Shown: in pieces, positions 35,200-48,696 of the stretch
How the letters are laid out: each line of letters starts with the position of its first letter
Position numbering within the stretch: the first letter of the stretch is position 1
DNA from: Octopus bimaculoides
Taxonomy: Eukaryota
Direction: 5' to 3'
DNA: 64,000 nt
Assembly: GCF_001194135.2 (NCBI RefSeq)
Contig: NC_068988.1
Coordinates: 53,930,124 to 53,994,123 of the forward strand
Notes under the pieces: generated by a model
Databases searched by the model: none
Seen by the model: only the letters and a program-made list of their open reading frames with translations
Told to the model about the DNA's origin: nothing
Made by a program: the position numbers and the translations under genes

Positions 35200-36305
35200 G
35201 GTGAGACACAACTCTTCTAGCACTCAGTTTTGTGGACAGGTCTTCTCCAGAACCTCATATCACCAAACATCTTGGTCCATTGTCATTTCCTCTGTGAGCC
35301 CCAACATCCTAAGATTGGTCCTCATTACTTCATCCCATGTCTTCCTAGGTCTCCTTCTTCCACAGGTTCCATCCACTTTCAGTGACAAGCACTTCTGTAT
35401 ACAACTGTCTTCACTCATGCATCACATGTCTAAACCAACACATTCTCCTCTCCTGCATTCCACATTTAATTACTCTTCTGCCTAACTTTTCTCTCAACTC
35501 AGTTGTGCTTTGTCAGTCATGCACACTGATGTTTAAATCCAACAGAGTATACTACCTTCATTCCTCTCCAGTCTACACATGTCCTACGCAGTCAGAGCCC
35601 ATGTCTCACTACTAGGAAACATAGCCTTTCTCACACAAGCATCATACAATCCACCTTTCACTCTGAGAGAGAGTCTTTTTGCTGCCAACAGAGGTAGTAG
35701 TTCTCTGAACTTCTTTCATCCTATTCTTATTCTAGAAACAATACTTTCAGACTACCACCATCATCGATTTGGTCACCTAAATAGCAGAAGCTATCTACTA
35801 CCTCTAGAGAGCCTCCTGGGCATTTGAGAGAGTTTAAGTCCCTCATGCTCTTAGTACTTATTGTTCCTGTGTATCTGCTACACACGAAAGCAACCTTATC
35901 TGGTAACCTACCCACAATTCCACTGCATCTCTTATGCATCCGTAACTTACATTTGGTGCAGCAAATGGAATTATGTCCCACTCCTTTCCTACACATTGAG
36001 CAGGGCCATTTACCAGCCAGAATGAGAATCTTATCTCCTTTCCCACTAACAACAACTCTAGTCCTCACTAAGTTAACTTTAAGGCCCTTTGATTCCAGGT
36101 TTTGCTTCCAAACCTGGAACTTCTCCAATTCTGCTTCAGATTCTGCGATAAGAACAAGATCATCAGCATATAATAGTTGCCATTGGCATCCAGTTTTGAA
36201 TCCATCTGTTATGGCCTGGAGAACTATGATGAATAAGAGGGGACTAAGAACTTACCTCTGGTGTACTCCAACTTGTACGCTCAATTCATCACTGTATTCA
36301 TAAGG
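35200..36305 (-). mobile_element. RTE-clade LINE fragment (RT domains 4-7 and C-terminus, multiple lesions)
   Basis: LLYADDLVL, ESKGLKVNL, KWPCSMCRKGVG.NSI.CTKC...HKRCSGI, LEVVDSFCYLGD and RPRKTWDEV motifs. Confidence 0.88.
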
Positions 36306-36549
36306 CTGGTTTCTTGATTTCTGTGGTACATATATTCCTTCCCTGGGATGTGACACCAGTCCATCTTAGGATTATTTGTTTTAACTAGCTAGACTGGAGC
36401 AACTTGAAATGAAGTATTTTGCTCAAGAACACACTGAATTATCCATCCCAGGAATTGAAACCACAATCTTATGATCATGAGTCCAACACCCTAACCACTA
36501 AGCCATGTGCTTCCCCACCCACACACTTATACATCATGTGTGACTATAA

Positions 36550-37395
36550 TAGGCACAAGTATGGCTGTGCAGTAAGAAGTTTCTTCCTCAACCACATGGT
36601 TCCAGGTTCAGTCCCACTTCTATACCATTGGGCTAACCAAAGCTTTGTGAGGGGTTTTGGGTGGATGGGAACTAAGGAGGCTGTAGTATACACACACACA
36701 CACACACACGCACTCATATATATAAATACATATGCACTTATATATACATGCATACACACACACATACATGTATGTATGTATGTATGCATGTATGTATGTA
36801 TGTATGTAGGTATGTATGAATTTATGTATGTATCTATGTGCTGTCTGTGTTAGTGTTTGTCCCCCAAGACTGCTTAACAACTGGTGTTGGTTTGTTTACA
36901 TCCTGTAACTTAGGTGTTCGGCAAATGAGACCGATAGAATAAGTAGCAAGCTTTTAAAAGATATATGAAGTAAGTAGTGGGGGCGATATGTTTGACTGAA
37001 ACCCCTTAAGGTGCTACCTCTGTATGGCTGCAGTAAAAGAAAGACATGTATATTCAAGCGTGGCTGTGCTGTAAGAAGTTTGCTTCTAAACCACACGGTT
37101 CCGGGTTCAGTCCCACTGCGTGAAGCTGAAAGAAGCCCATCATATATGTATGTATGTATGTATGTCTGTATGTATGTATGTATTATTGTGTCTGTGTTTG
37201 ACCCCCTATCGCCGCTTGACAACCGACACTGGTGTGTTTACGTTCCCGTAACTTAATGAGTTGACAAAAGAGACCGATAGAATAAGTACTAGGTTTTAAA
37301 AAAACGTATTGGGGATCGTTTTATTCAACTACAAATTCTTCAAGGCAGTGCCCCAGTATGGCCGTAGTCAAATGGTAAACAAGTAAAAAGATAAA
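36550..37395 (+). mobile_element. Two consecutive SINE family B copies
   Basis: Heads at about 36550 and 37055, internal (TATG)n, tails GACCGATAGAATAAGTA...CAAGTAAAAAG. Confidence 0.8.
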
Positions 37396-37744
37396 AAGAA
37401 AAAGAGAGACTGAAACGAGCCAGAACTGTCAATCTACTGCTGTGTCAAAGTGAAAACGACGTGCTAAACTCGAGGATTTCCCCCAAATGTATGTGTATCT
37501 TTATTTATATTATATATACGCATCAGACTTTTGATATCCATGAAGGATAAAATACATGAAGAAAAAGTTTTAAAAATCGGAGATAGACGCAATCACAAGT
37601 ACAAGCGGTTTGCAATTTTAAAAATGTCGATTTCATGCACAAAACACTCGAAAATACAGTCGAAAAACAAGTGCAGATATTTTAATATAAGTTGAAAATA
37701 GTTGCATTCACGACGAAATTGTTAAAATAATTAAAATATGCGAC

Positions 37745-37748
37745 AAAA
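37745..37748 (-). terminator. Pol III oligo-dT terminator of the tRNA-Ile gene
   Basis: TTTT on the minus strand 6 nt past the discriminator base. Confidence 0.6.
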
Positions 37749-37754
37749 TATCAG

Positions 37755-37863
37755 TGCCCCGGGTGAGGTTCGAACTCACAACCTCCGCATTCCTCATCCG
37801 TGACTCGCACGGCGAAGGTACTGTCTATAAGTACGGCGCGCTAACCGATTGTGCCACCGGGGC
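37755..37863 (-). tRNA. tRNA-Ile-TAT: tRNA-Ile (anticodon UAU) with a 35-nt intron (37791-37825)
   Basis: Reverse complement folds as a cloverleaf: 7/7 acceptor stem GCCCCGG/CCGGGGC, T-arm GTGAG-TTCGAAC-CTCAC, anticodon arm CCGTA-CTTATAA-TGCGG. The intron is at the canonical 37/38 position. A and B boxes are present and a TTTT terminator follows (plus-strand aaaa 37745-37748). One D-stem mismatch (A12:C23). Confidence 0.95.
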
Positions 37864-38287
37864 AACCGTCAGCTGAGATTCTAAAAAATCATTATAAATA
37901 GAGTAGACGGAAAACTGACTTTCGTGTTCTTCCGTTTTGCTTTTTATTTGAGTTATTTTTTCATTTTTTTCAGGTTTATGCCGCCCAGTACTTTTATAAT
38001 CATTTTTATTTGCTATTATTATCGGTATTAATACATTACTTCCGCATTTAGTGAATAAATGTTCGACTGTTGTTCTGAAAACGATTGTGTAGTCTTGTTT
38101 CACTCGGAGTCACGATGTCAGCTGTTAGATGTTTTGTTTTTTCTACAACTAAATTACACACACACACTAAACTAGTCGAATATGATCAATGATATTATTA
38201 TGTATTATTGGCGATTTTATACCGAGTAAGCATCAACCAGGGATCGAAAGTCTCAGCAATGAACGAAAGAAGAACAGAAAACAAATT

Positions 38288-38320
<33 letters not shown>

Positions 38321-40679
38321 TGTATGTATATGGAATATGGTTTCTTATTTAATTACAATGCATAAATAAAATTCTACAATAATTTTCGTTTTGACGTTCT
38401 GTCCAAATGTCTGTTGGATAATCCTAAAAGATTATCGAGCGATTCTGATCAGAGCCAAATATCCATGGTACAACAGCGTCAACAAGACTCATTAATGCAC
38501 ATTGGTAATCCTCTTCGTAAAATCATTTCCAAGTTGAACTCGTTTAAGAGACATTCTCAAAGTTTTTAATAAACGCATAAATAATAGAAACCCATCAATA
38601 TAACACAAAAAAAACAGAGCATTTCACTTTGAAACACAATCTAGAAATTCCTACTCGTCCATTGAATCTTATGCTTGTTTGTTATCGCTGTGTACGATAA
38701 TCATTTTAATTGGCATTCGCAAATATCATTCAATCAACTACCTCATGTAAATCCCTATTTTGTAAATCGGTGTCTTTTATAAGTATTTTAAAAAATTAAG
38801 TACTTCATGCATATATATTTCGTAGTTATTTTGTTTCGGTCATAAGAATAAGATCCACAAAAAGTCTTTGACACTTATCAAGCAAATTTAGCCTTTGTCA
38901 CGGACTCTCCGACCATAAATGTTTTATTCCCTGCTTTATTTAATTTATAGATTGTAATCTGTAGTAATTTTACAATCGAAATAAATGTACAGAATTGAGA
39001 AATTGGAGCAGATTCCAACAGGCTCATCGAACCGTTTGAATTAATGCCCCAAATAAGAAAAGAAAAAGAAGAAAAGCACCCCGTCACTAGTTTTACCCCC
39101 ACTGTAAATTTGAAGTTGGTGTTTCCGTAAAAAAAATTAATAAACTAGAATTATTTCATTTTAAAGACAAACAATCTCATTTCGGTATCTCCCTAAAGCT
39201 ACGATCATATGCACCGACCCAACAGACTCATACGTCCAACCAACATATAAAAAGGAAGGATAATATACTGCGGTTTTTTTTTCTTGTTATAAAATTCACA
39301 AAGAGTGTGATGCTTTGCTGCAAATTTTGGTCTTTATCACGAACTATACCATAAATATTTTCTTTTCTTTTTGTCTGTTTATATACATTTGTAAACTGGT
39401 AAAATTTTGCGGCTGAAATTTAATTGACTAATTAATTCTATAGATATACTTTGCTCGACAATTATAGCTGGATCTTCTATGATCAACAGGATCCTAAACG
39501 ACAACACCAACATCAACATCAAAACCAGAACGACACACACCCACACAAACCGATTGACCTCCATCTGCTATATATATACTCTTACTATACACATACACAC
39601 ACATAAAAAGTAAAAAGTACAAGTGCGCGCACACACAGACACACCTACACAGAGAGAAACCATTTCATAAGCACAGTCGGCGATTTGTGCCAATAGACAA
39701 GAAGCTATGTACACAGCATAACTTTCTGGCTGACTGCCTGTCAAATCCTAAATGCCGCTCTAGCGACATCAGATACCATCTACAAACATTATGCAACGAT
39801 ATCGAGATTTTTCCTAGTTAATTATCCCCCTTGCACTGTTGGCACTGTCGTTGCTGTGTGTGTGTGTGTGTGCGTGTTTGTGTGTGCGTATGTGTGTGTG
39901 TGCGTGTGCGTGTCTTTGTGGGATTTTTTTTATTATTATTTATTTAATAGGGAAATCACCATGAATATATGGGAAGCATGCAAGCCGTATCTGTACTAGC
40001 AAAGAGCGTGGGAGCCGCTCGAGACAACGAAGCCTGACATTCAACATGCTAAAAATAAAGAAGTCAATATGACGTTCAACGTACTAAAAATAGCAGTCAA
40101 ATTCCCTTAGATAACGTTTTTGTTTTTTTAATTGGAGATGAGTTTTGTTGTGTTCATGGCTTTCGTAGGCCGGTGACGTTGACGCAGATGACATTCGTCG
40201 TCAAGGGAACATATTAGACTATGTAGTCCACGGCATAGATGATGGTTAAGGGTCGTGGGTGAAACTCGAGGATAGTCAGGAGTTAAAAACAACGATAGAA
40301 TTCATTCTGAGTTCAAATCTCGCCAACGTCCTTTACACAAATTCTTATTGTTATTATTTTACTCGTTTCAGTCATTGGATGGCGGCCATGCCCGGGAACT
40401 GCCTTCGGCGAACAAATCGATCTCAGCGCTTATCTTAAATAGCTGGTACTATGTATAATAATATTCTTACCACCACTTTTGTCAGACCACTAGGTTATGG
40501 GGGAGTGGGGAAACAAACTAATACAAATTGTCATTCGGTGGCCGAGTAGAAAGAAACATCGAGTGACGGGGTGGGGAAAAAAACTGACGGGGTGGAAACA
40601 AATATGCGCGCACATGCACGCACACACACACACGAATATTTTTGTCTTCATAGCTGAGGGTCAGAGGCCATCCATAGAT

Positions 40680-41095
40680 ACTCTCTTTACTCTTTTACTC
40701 TTTTACTCGTTTCAGTCTTTTGACTGCGGCCATGATGGAGCACCGCCTTTAGTCAAGCAAATCGACCCCATGACTTATTCTTTGTAAGCCTAGTACTTAT
40801 TCTATCGGTCTCTTTTGCCGAACTGCTAAGTTACGGGGACATAAACACACCAGCATCGGTTGTCAAGCAATGCTAGGGGGACAAATACAGACACACAAAC
40901 ATATACACATGCATACACACATACATATATACGACGGGCTTCTTTCAGTTTCTGTCTACCAAATCCACTCACAAGGCTTTGGTCGGCCCGAGACTATAAT
41001 AGAAGACACTTGCCTAAGGTGCCACGCAGTGGGACTGAACCCAGAGCCATGTGGTAGGTAAGCAAGCTACTTACCACATAACCACTCTTGTGGCT
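40680..41095 (-). mobile_element. SINE family B copy; others at 5090-5385 -, 46750-47145 -, 51100-51357 -, 57140-57860 -, 58810-59265 -
   Basis: Reverse complement of 30528-30960. Confidence 0.85.
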
Positions 41096-41756
41096 ATACG
41101 TCAACTTTTATGTTATTTGTTGTGTCTTTGTGCTCTTTTCCATAGGAATAGAGTTGGTGGACCCTAAGTACTCTTTTGTGCCAATTTACTTTCAGGGTAG
41201 ACTCCTTTAGCATTTGTCCCCTTCCAGGCAGCAAGGACTTATAGTTGGAGTTGTCCATTTCCAAATCTGGCTGCCTTTCAAGACTGCTGTAATCAAACGA
41301 TGTTTGATCACCAACATCATGCCCCTATTACTTAGAAAATTTTCACTGCACAACCCCAAATACTTGTCCAGTTATACTGCCAGTGTAGCTTTGGACACAA
41401 TAATGAGTTCTAAAGACATGTTTTAAAAATTTGTATGTATTTATTTTATTATAAATGCAAAACAACACCACAGAGGAATTGACGTAAGTTTAAATAATAA
41501 ACTTAGGTGAACTGCGATATGGCGCAGAGCTACTGTATATATATTGGTAATGGATTGACAAAAATTATCAGAGTTCAAATCCTGCTGTGGTCAACTTTGT
41601 CTTTCATCCTTTCAGGGTTCATGAATAAAATACCAGTTCTAGAACAGCATTCTGCTCCAATAATATTGATGCCAAGCTGTGTCAGTCTTGTTTGTCCAAA
41701 GACAGCATCAGTGTCATATAGCAATAAGTTTAACGTGCATAGGCAACTACAAGTCT

Positions 41757-41788
<32 letters not shown>

Positions 41789-41810
41789 TCTTTATCTCTC
41801 TCTCTCTCTC

Positions 41811-41884
<74 letters not shown>

Positions 41885-41892
41885 CACACACA
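41757..41892 (+). repeat. (TC)n microsatellite; other long SSRs at 5689-5766 (TC), 16800-16858 (TA), 31236-31385 (AAT/GAT), 57365-57685 (TCTG/TCTA), 63505-63575 (CA)
   Basis: Direct inspection. Confidence 0.95.
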
Positions 41893-42244
41893 CAAATGGT
41901 AGGCTTCAGTTTCCATCTATCAAATTCAATCACAAGGCATTGTTTGGCTTGGATCTATGGTAGAAATGGTGTCATACAGTAGGATTGAACCCAAAAACCA
42001 CAGGGCTGCAAAGCAAATTTCTTAACCACACAATCATGCCTGCACCTAAATGAAGGCTTGTTTGTCCATCTACATGCTCTATGTATTGTAATTAGGTATG
42101 AGTGTAACTATGTTTGCATATATGTTCTCTCCCAACCTTTCTGCTTTTTTACTCCTGTCCATAAACTGTCAATTCATTTCTCTTCCCAACAAACCTTTTA
42201 ATTTTTCATCATGATTAGCAGTTTAGCAAAAAGAGGTTGATAGA

Positions 42245-42458
42245 AAAGTGGCGAGCTGACAGAAATGTTAGCATGCTGGGCGAAATGCCTAGCAGTATTT
42301 CGTCTGTCTTTACATTCTGAGTTCAAATTCCGCCAAGGTCAAAATTGCCTTTCATCCTTTCAGGGTCGATAAATTAAGTACCAGTTGTGTACTGGGGTCA
42401 ATCTAATCAACTGGGCCCCTCCCCCCAAATTTCTGGCCTTGTGCCTAGAGTAGAAAAG
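42245..42458 (+). mobile_element. Well-preserved SINE family A copy; others at 7210-7435 -, 13150-13390 +, 27549-27760 +, 44155-44370 -, 48430-48670 -, 55270-55490 +
   Basis: GTGGCGAGCTGACAGAAATGTTAGCATGCTGGGCG...GAGTTCAAATTCCGCC (tRNA-like A/B boxes), then the central domain and tail. Confidence 0.85.
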
Positions 42459-45400
42459 AAAAAGAGATTTATTGAATGAGTATTAAGCTTAGAAAAAATG
42501 AAAAGTACTAGAATCAATTTGTTTGAGATGTGGTCATTTGTTGTACTTGATTAGACATGTCAAGCTAAGTAAAATTGCTCTCTTCTACACATACAGGCTG
42601 TAGCAAGGCAGAAGAAGCCAGCGCTATTTTGTATGAGATGTCGCTGGTAGCCATTACCATGTTCGAGACAGAAGCAAGATCTTGCCTGCAACCATTTGCC
42701 ATGTGCGAGACAACAGCGAGACTCTTGTTGGTAACGACTATTAAAGCAGGAGAATTAAGACATTCTCTCTCTTTCTTCCTTCTCACTTACACTGAGAAAC
42801 ACTATGAAGCTGGTAGCTCACAGCGGACTATAATCCCGCTCTAACTTCATCTGTTTTCTCCAGAGGTAACGAACCTCACGTAAACGGAGCTATAATGAAC
42901 CACGCTCTACCATAAAGATGGTCATTGGGAGCGAGCCACATGAACAAGAACTAAAAATAAAAGACTATTGAATTGCACTCCACTTGTAAACTTCTTCTTT
43001 GTGTTCCAGATCCTTAAGACTACAGAAATAATTGTAATGGGAGAAGGAGATACTCCACAGGTATCACAAGCCTTCAGTTCCATTATAAGGCTTTTCCTTT
43101 CAGGTGCTGTGTAAATGCATCTGTGCCGGTGGCACATAAAATGCATCCATCACTCTCTGTTCTATGGCATTAGGAAGGGCATCCAGTCATAGAAACCATG
43201 CCACAACAGATAATTGGAGTCTGGACAGCTTCCTGCTAGCCAGCTCCATGTCAAACTGTCCAACCCATGCCAGCATGGAAAGCAGACGTTAAACGATGAT
43301 GATGAGGATGATTGTATTTATTGTGTATTTAATTACCTTCCACTCCACACAATATTTATGTCTGTCACCTTAACTGTCACTTTTTATGTAACTATCCACC
43401 TTCCTCTTCAACTTTCTGATTCTTCATCTTTTCTTACCTCATACCTTTCATTTTTCACCTTTTACCATTACCCCATCTCTTGTTTAAATTCTCCTTCTTA
43501 AGCGAATATTCCTTTCCATTCAGTTTTTGCTTTGTTTCCTTAATCTTAGCCAAGAGGCCAAGTGATGAGGAAAAGTTATATTCTACACATCTCATAACAA
43601 ATAAACTTTACCAATATTCCAAACTCTATGTCTACTCCATATCAACTATTTTGCATAAGATTATGGATTTTACCTTATTTTGGTGAGGAGGGTAATTGTT
43701 GGACACCCTGCAGGACGAAAAATAAGACCCGTCAAAGGGCAGAAGAACTACTGTGTAGCCAACGGCCAATTCAACAAGTACCTTGTCACAGAGGGATGCC
43801 TGTGTGCTCCATTGACCTGGAGAGCTATGGTGGAGGGAGAGAAATCTTCAGGCAGTTCTTACCAGGCCAGACAGGTTGAAGGGTAGGAGACAGACAAAAC
43901 CTTAACGACAATAAACCGAAGCGTCGGCAGCTGGGCATGGAATTAGTTATTGGCAGGACCTAACAGATCAGATTCCTGGCTTTGAACTAGCAGGATGTTA
44001 TGCAGAGGATCTTGAATACAAGGCAATGAATGAGACCCTAATATTCCTAGTTAGATGGAAACTGCGGGACCACATGGAGCAGTGCCCTGTGACTCCTATA
44101 GTATGCGCAAACAAAACCCCTATGGGGGCATCCTATGGGATGACCTAGATGAGATAATATATTGGCTTCAAATTTTGGCACATGGCCAGCAGTTTTGAGG
44201 GAGCGGGTAAGTTGATTACATCAACTCCAGTGCTCAATGGGTACTTATTTAGTTGACCCTGGAAAATGAAAGGCAAAATTGACCTCAGTGGAATATGAAC
44301 TGAGAATATACAGATGGACAAAATGCTGCTAAACATTTTACCTGATGTGTTACCGATTCTGCCAGCTTGCTGTTTTATTTTAATGTTACTAGGTCTTCAT
44401 AATGAAGCATCATAGAAATATGAATGATTGATTATTGGTATTCTTTTTTTCAAAAGTTCTATGTTTTTAACAATAGAAGTTACAATTTTGGGAAAAACAA
44501 GAATAAAACCAAACAAAACAAAAAGCAGCTTTTCCATTTTAAATTCCCCCTCCCTCAATTTAAACATTTTCAATATTTTTGGTAGTGGTGGCGGAAGGGT
44601 TGGCAGGGAAGATTCCATGTTGTGAACTTTGGTTTTAGGTGCATGTATATGCAGGATTGGAAATGAAAGTGTTTACAATTCTGGGGAAAAAAAAGGTAAG
44701 TGTAGGAATAACTATTACTACCTCATGGGGAAAGAAAAGGGCTGGAGATTGGGAGGTATAAATATTTTAAAAAATTGAAATTTTAAGAAAAAAAAGAAAG
44801 GATCCTTTCAGAATTATAATTTCTGTTGCAAAAAGAATAAAGACCTCCTTTGGTCATGAATGACCATGGGATTGCACCTAAAATGTTACCCTCCGAGACA
44901 CAAGTCTGGACATACCAGTCTTCCCTCTCACCCCACTGATGTTATCCAAAGGAAAGGCAAAAGCCAATACAGTTTGGCACTAAGTGACTTTGCAACTAAT
45001 TTCTACAGCTAAGTGAACTGGAGCAATGTAAAAAATAAAGTGTCTTGTACAAGAACATAACACACAGCCCAGTCCAGAAATAGAACTCACTACCTCATGA
45101 TTGTGAGTTCGATACTTGGAACAATGAAATATTAAAAAATAAATGAAAAAAAAAACCCAAACTCCCAATTCCTTTTCCATCCTCATAAGGTAGTGATAGC
45201 GATAATCTTTGGTTTAAAGTGTATAAGATCACCTTGAGAGCTGTTCCAAAACTGCACCAAATAATTTTCAAAATTTCAGTTTTTTTTTCTCCAAAATATC
45301 AATGCTGGCCAATTGATTACAATAATTCTTCATTTTCATTCTGTGATCATAAACTGAAAGAATGACTTGGTTATCTAATTAAGTGACAAAGACAATTGTT

Positions 45401-46659
45401 CTAATGACAAAAATGGTGAAACATATAAAATGTACCTTCAGTTGCAAATGAACAGGTTTTACATAATTCGGAAAATTTGTTGCCTGATAATTGCCAAATA
45501 ATATTTTTCTATTTAAAAAAAAAAAAAAGAATTTGAAAAACTAAAAGAAAATAAACGATGGATTTGAAACATCAAAATAAAATGTTTACATTTTCTTTTT
45601 TCCCTGAATAGCAAAAGCAATGTCACCATATGTGGACTTGAAAAAAAGTTCAGCAAGCTTTACTTGAAGGAAAATAAAAAAAAAGAAATATTTGGAAGCA
45701 AATTCTCATACAAATATTGTAAATATCTTAAACACACACACAAAAAAACAAACAAACAAAAGAAATGGTAACTCTTTATTACACCTTTTAATAAAATCAA
45801 TGGCAAAGAAATCGAACTAACTCGCCAGGCTTTTTTTAACATTGAAATCGACTAATGTCGTCAGCTTTGAAAGAAAATGTAGAACTTCAAATTTTCTTTT
45901 TGAAGAATGGTGTACATTTATGTAACAGCATTCAAGATTTTCTGCAATGAGACTTTCAAAATATATTATCATATCAGTCAGAACTTAAAATTTCAGCAGC
46001 GTTATCAAGAACAAATATATATGTATATCATCATCATCATCATCATCGTTTAACGTCCACTTTCCATTCTGGCATGGGCTGGATGGTTTGACTGAGGACT
46101 GGCAAGCCAGGAAGCTGTACCAGGCTCCAATCTGATCTGGCAAGATTTCTACAGCTGGATGCCCTTCCTAATGCCAACCATTCCAAGAGTGTAGTGGGTG
46201 CTTTTTATGTGCTGCTGGCACGGGGTCCAGTCAGGTGGAACTGGCATTGACCACACTTGAACGGGTCATTTTACATGCCACTGGCATGGGAGCCAGTCAG
46301 GTGGCACTGGCATTGACTATGCTCAAATGGTGCTTTTTATGTGCCACCAGCATGGGTGCCAGTCAAGCGGTACTGGCATTGGCCATGACAATGATTTCAC
46401 TTGACTCAACATATTGCTCAATGATTGAAGGGCACCCTTAAATGGGCCGGTTATGTGACACTGGCAATGGCCACGGTTATGATCTCACTTGGTTTGTTGG
46501 GTCTTCTCAAGCACAGCATATCTCCAAAAGTCTTGGTCACTTGTCATTGCCTCTGTGAGGTCCAACATTCGAAGGTCTTGCTTCACATCCTCATCCCCGG
46601 ACTTCCCAGGTCTACCTCTTCCACAGGTTTTCCCCACTGTTAGGGTGTGACACTTCTTC

Positions 46660-46690
<31 letters not shown>

Positions 46691-47399
46691 AGTTTGGTGA
46701 TACAAACAGGAAAAATAGAACTCAATATATGAGTATATATCATTACTTTTTTTAATCTTTTTACTTGTTTCATTCATTTGATTGAGGTGGCCATGCTGGA
46801 GCCCACCTTGAAGGGTGTTGGTTGAATGAATTGACCCCAGGATTTATTTTTAAAGCCTGGTACTCATCTTATCAGTCACTTTTGCCAAACCACTAAGTTA
46901 TGGGGATGTAAACACACCAACAATGGTTGTCAAGCAGTCATCGTGGTGGGGGTACAAACACAGCACAAAGACACACACAAACACAGATATAGACATATAT
47001 ATGACAAGCTTCTTTCAGTTTCTATCTACCAAATCCACTCACAAGGCTTTGGTTGGCCTGAGGACACTTGCCCAAGGTGAAACACAGTGGAACTGAACCC
47101 AAAATCCTGTGATTGGGAAGCAAGCTTCTTACCATGCAACCATGATGCAATAGTGACTCAGGGGCTGAGATTTACTTACCTTTTCCTAATTTCATGAACT
47201 CACATGTTTAAATGAGGTCTCGTTCAGCATCCAGGGTACTAGTATAATTTCGTACTTCAACTGATTCACTTTCCATTTGATGCCCAACAAATTGTTGATG
47301 AAGTTTTATTAATTATAAAGAAATCTATACTAATTCAATTATTCTTCTTTAATAATGTGTTATGATTTGATACAATTAGAAGCAATAAAACCTGAAAAT

Positions 47400-47780
47400 A
47401 TTCAAAAATTCAAGTGCTATGATGAATGCTGTTGGTGCAGGGTTTCACAGGATAAAGGTAAGTTTGATTAGATTTTGTACTGATGGGGCAAGTATTGTGT
47501 TTACAAGAAAAGCTGGAATTGTTGCAAGATTAATTCAAGAATTTCTAAACCTTGTAAGTTGGCATTGTTTGAGTCATCGATTACAATTTGTTTTAGCTGA
47601 TGCTATAAATGAAATCAATGAAATAAGCCATATCAAGATATTTTTCGGCCTAGATCTATGCTACTTTTTTATCAGTCCAATAATAAAAGTAAGCCTCAGC
47701 TTAGAACCATTGTTGCAGAACTATATTTTTGAAATATAGGCCATATTTTTTATTTCCCAGTGAGCATCCTGTTGCCTCAA
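47400..47780 (+). mobile_element. hAT-superfamily (ZNF862-like) transposase remnant
   Basis: FCTDGASIVFTRKAGIVARL...LVSWHCLSHRLQFVLADAI contains the hAT catalytic-region TDGA and WHCxxHRLxL motifs; frameshifted downstream. Confidence 0.8.
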
Positions 47781-48696
47781 ATCTAATAAAGAAGTATGGA
47801 AAGCCTATTCAGTTAATATATTTTTCTAGAAGTGCCAACAAGAGCATGTGAGCAGGGGGAAACAACTTCAGTGTTAGTTGCCTGGTTATTTGTGCAGCAA
47901 AGAAAAGGTATAAAATAAAGGTCTCAAATTACTGCAGCAAAACCATTATCATGACCAATATTTTCCTAAAACTTGGTAATTTGCGGCAAGAATCTCACTA
48001 TGACCACAGAGTTTATGTGGTTGTTGCAGATGTACAACAAAAGATTAAGGAAAATGTGTTTGTTGGGTATCAAATAAAAAGTAAATTTGTTGAAGTACGA
48101 AATTGCATGTACCAGCACCCTGAATCCTGAATGCGACCTCAATTGGACAAGTGAGTTCATGAAGTTAGAAATAGGTAAGAAAAACACTTGAAATCTGACA
48201 ATTATCACTGTTATAACAGTTATTTTTACTGTTGCATGTTTTGTTGTTTTATTTATTGTTTTCCTGGAGATTCTGATTCTGAATTAAATAATTAAAATAT
48301 TCAATTTTCTATTGCCATCACCAAATATAACTTTCTTAGTTATTTAGTGGTGTTTCATTCTGAAAACATAAATTTTTATTCAGCTTTTTTTATTTTTGTC
48401 TTTTGTCTTAATTTTCTAGCAAAATTGCCCAGCCAAATAATCCTTTTTGCTATAGGCACGAGGCCTGAAACTTTGGTGGGGAGGTGACTGGTTGATTACA
48501 TCAGCCCCAGTATGCAACTGATACTTATTTCACTGATCCCCCTCACAAAGAGGATGAAAGAAAAAGTTGACATTGGTGGAATTTGAATTCAGAACATAAA
48601 GATGGATGAAATGCCTCTACGCATTTTATCTGGCATGCTAACAATTTTGCCAGATCATCACCATTATTTGGCTAAATAATAAAAGTAATGTATATT

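Larger units (their letters stand above)
37400..40650. promoter_or_regulatory. CpG-rich, island-like region around the tRNA gene; possible promoter
   Basis: CG dinucleotides are visibly frequent here and scarce in most unique flanking DNA. Several TGACG half-CRE motifs near 40070-40200. CpG o/e not computed. Confidence 0.45.

Noticed and set aside
39379-39564. Hydrophobic 61-aa ORF resembling a signal anchor (MEVNRFVWVCVVLVLMLMLVLSF)
   Set aside because: Hydrophobicity comes from GT-rich low-complexity sequence; no good donor or recognisable domain. Left as part of the CpG-rich region.
43680-44150. GC-richer block with short ORFs on the + strand
   Set aside because: No recognisable domain; resembles an old LINE 5' region, but I cannot support a family call.
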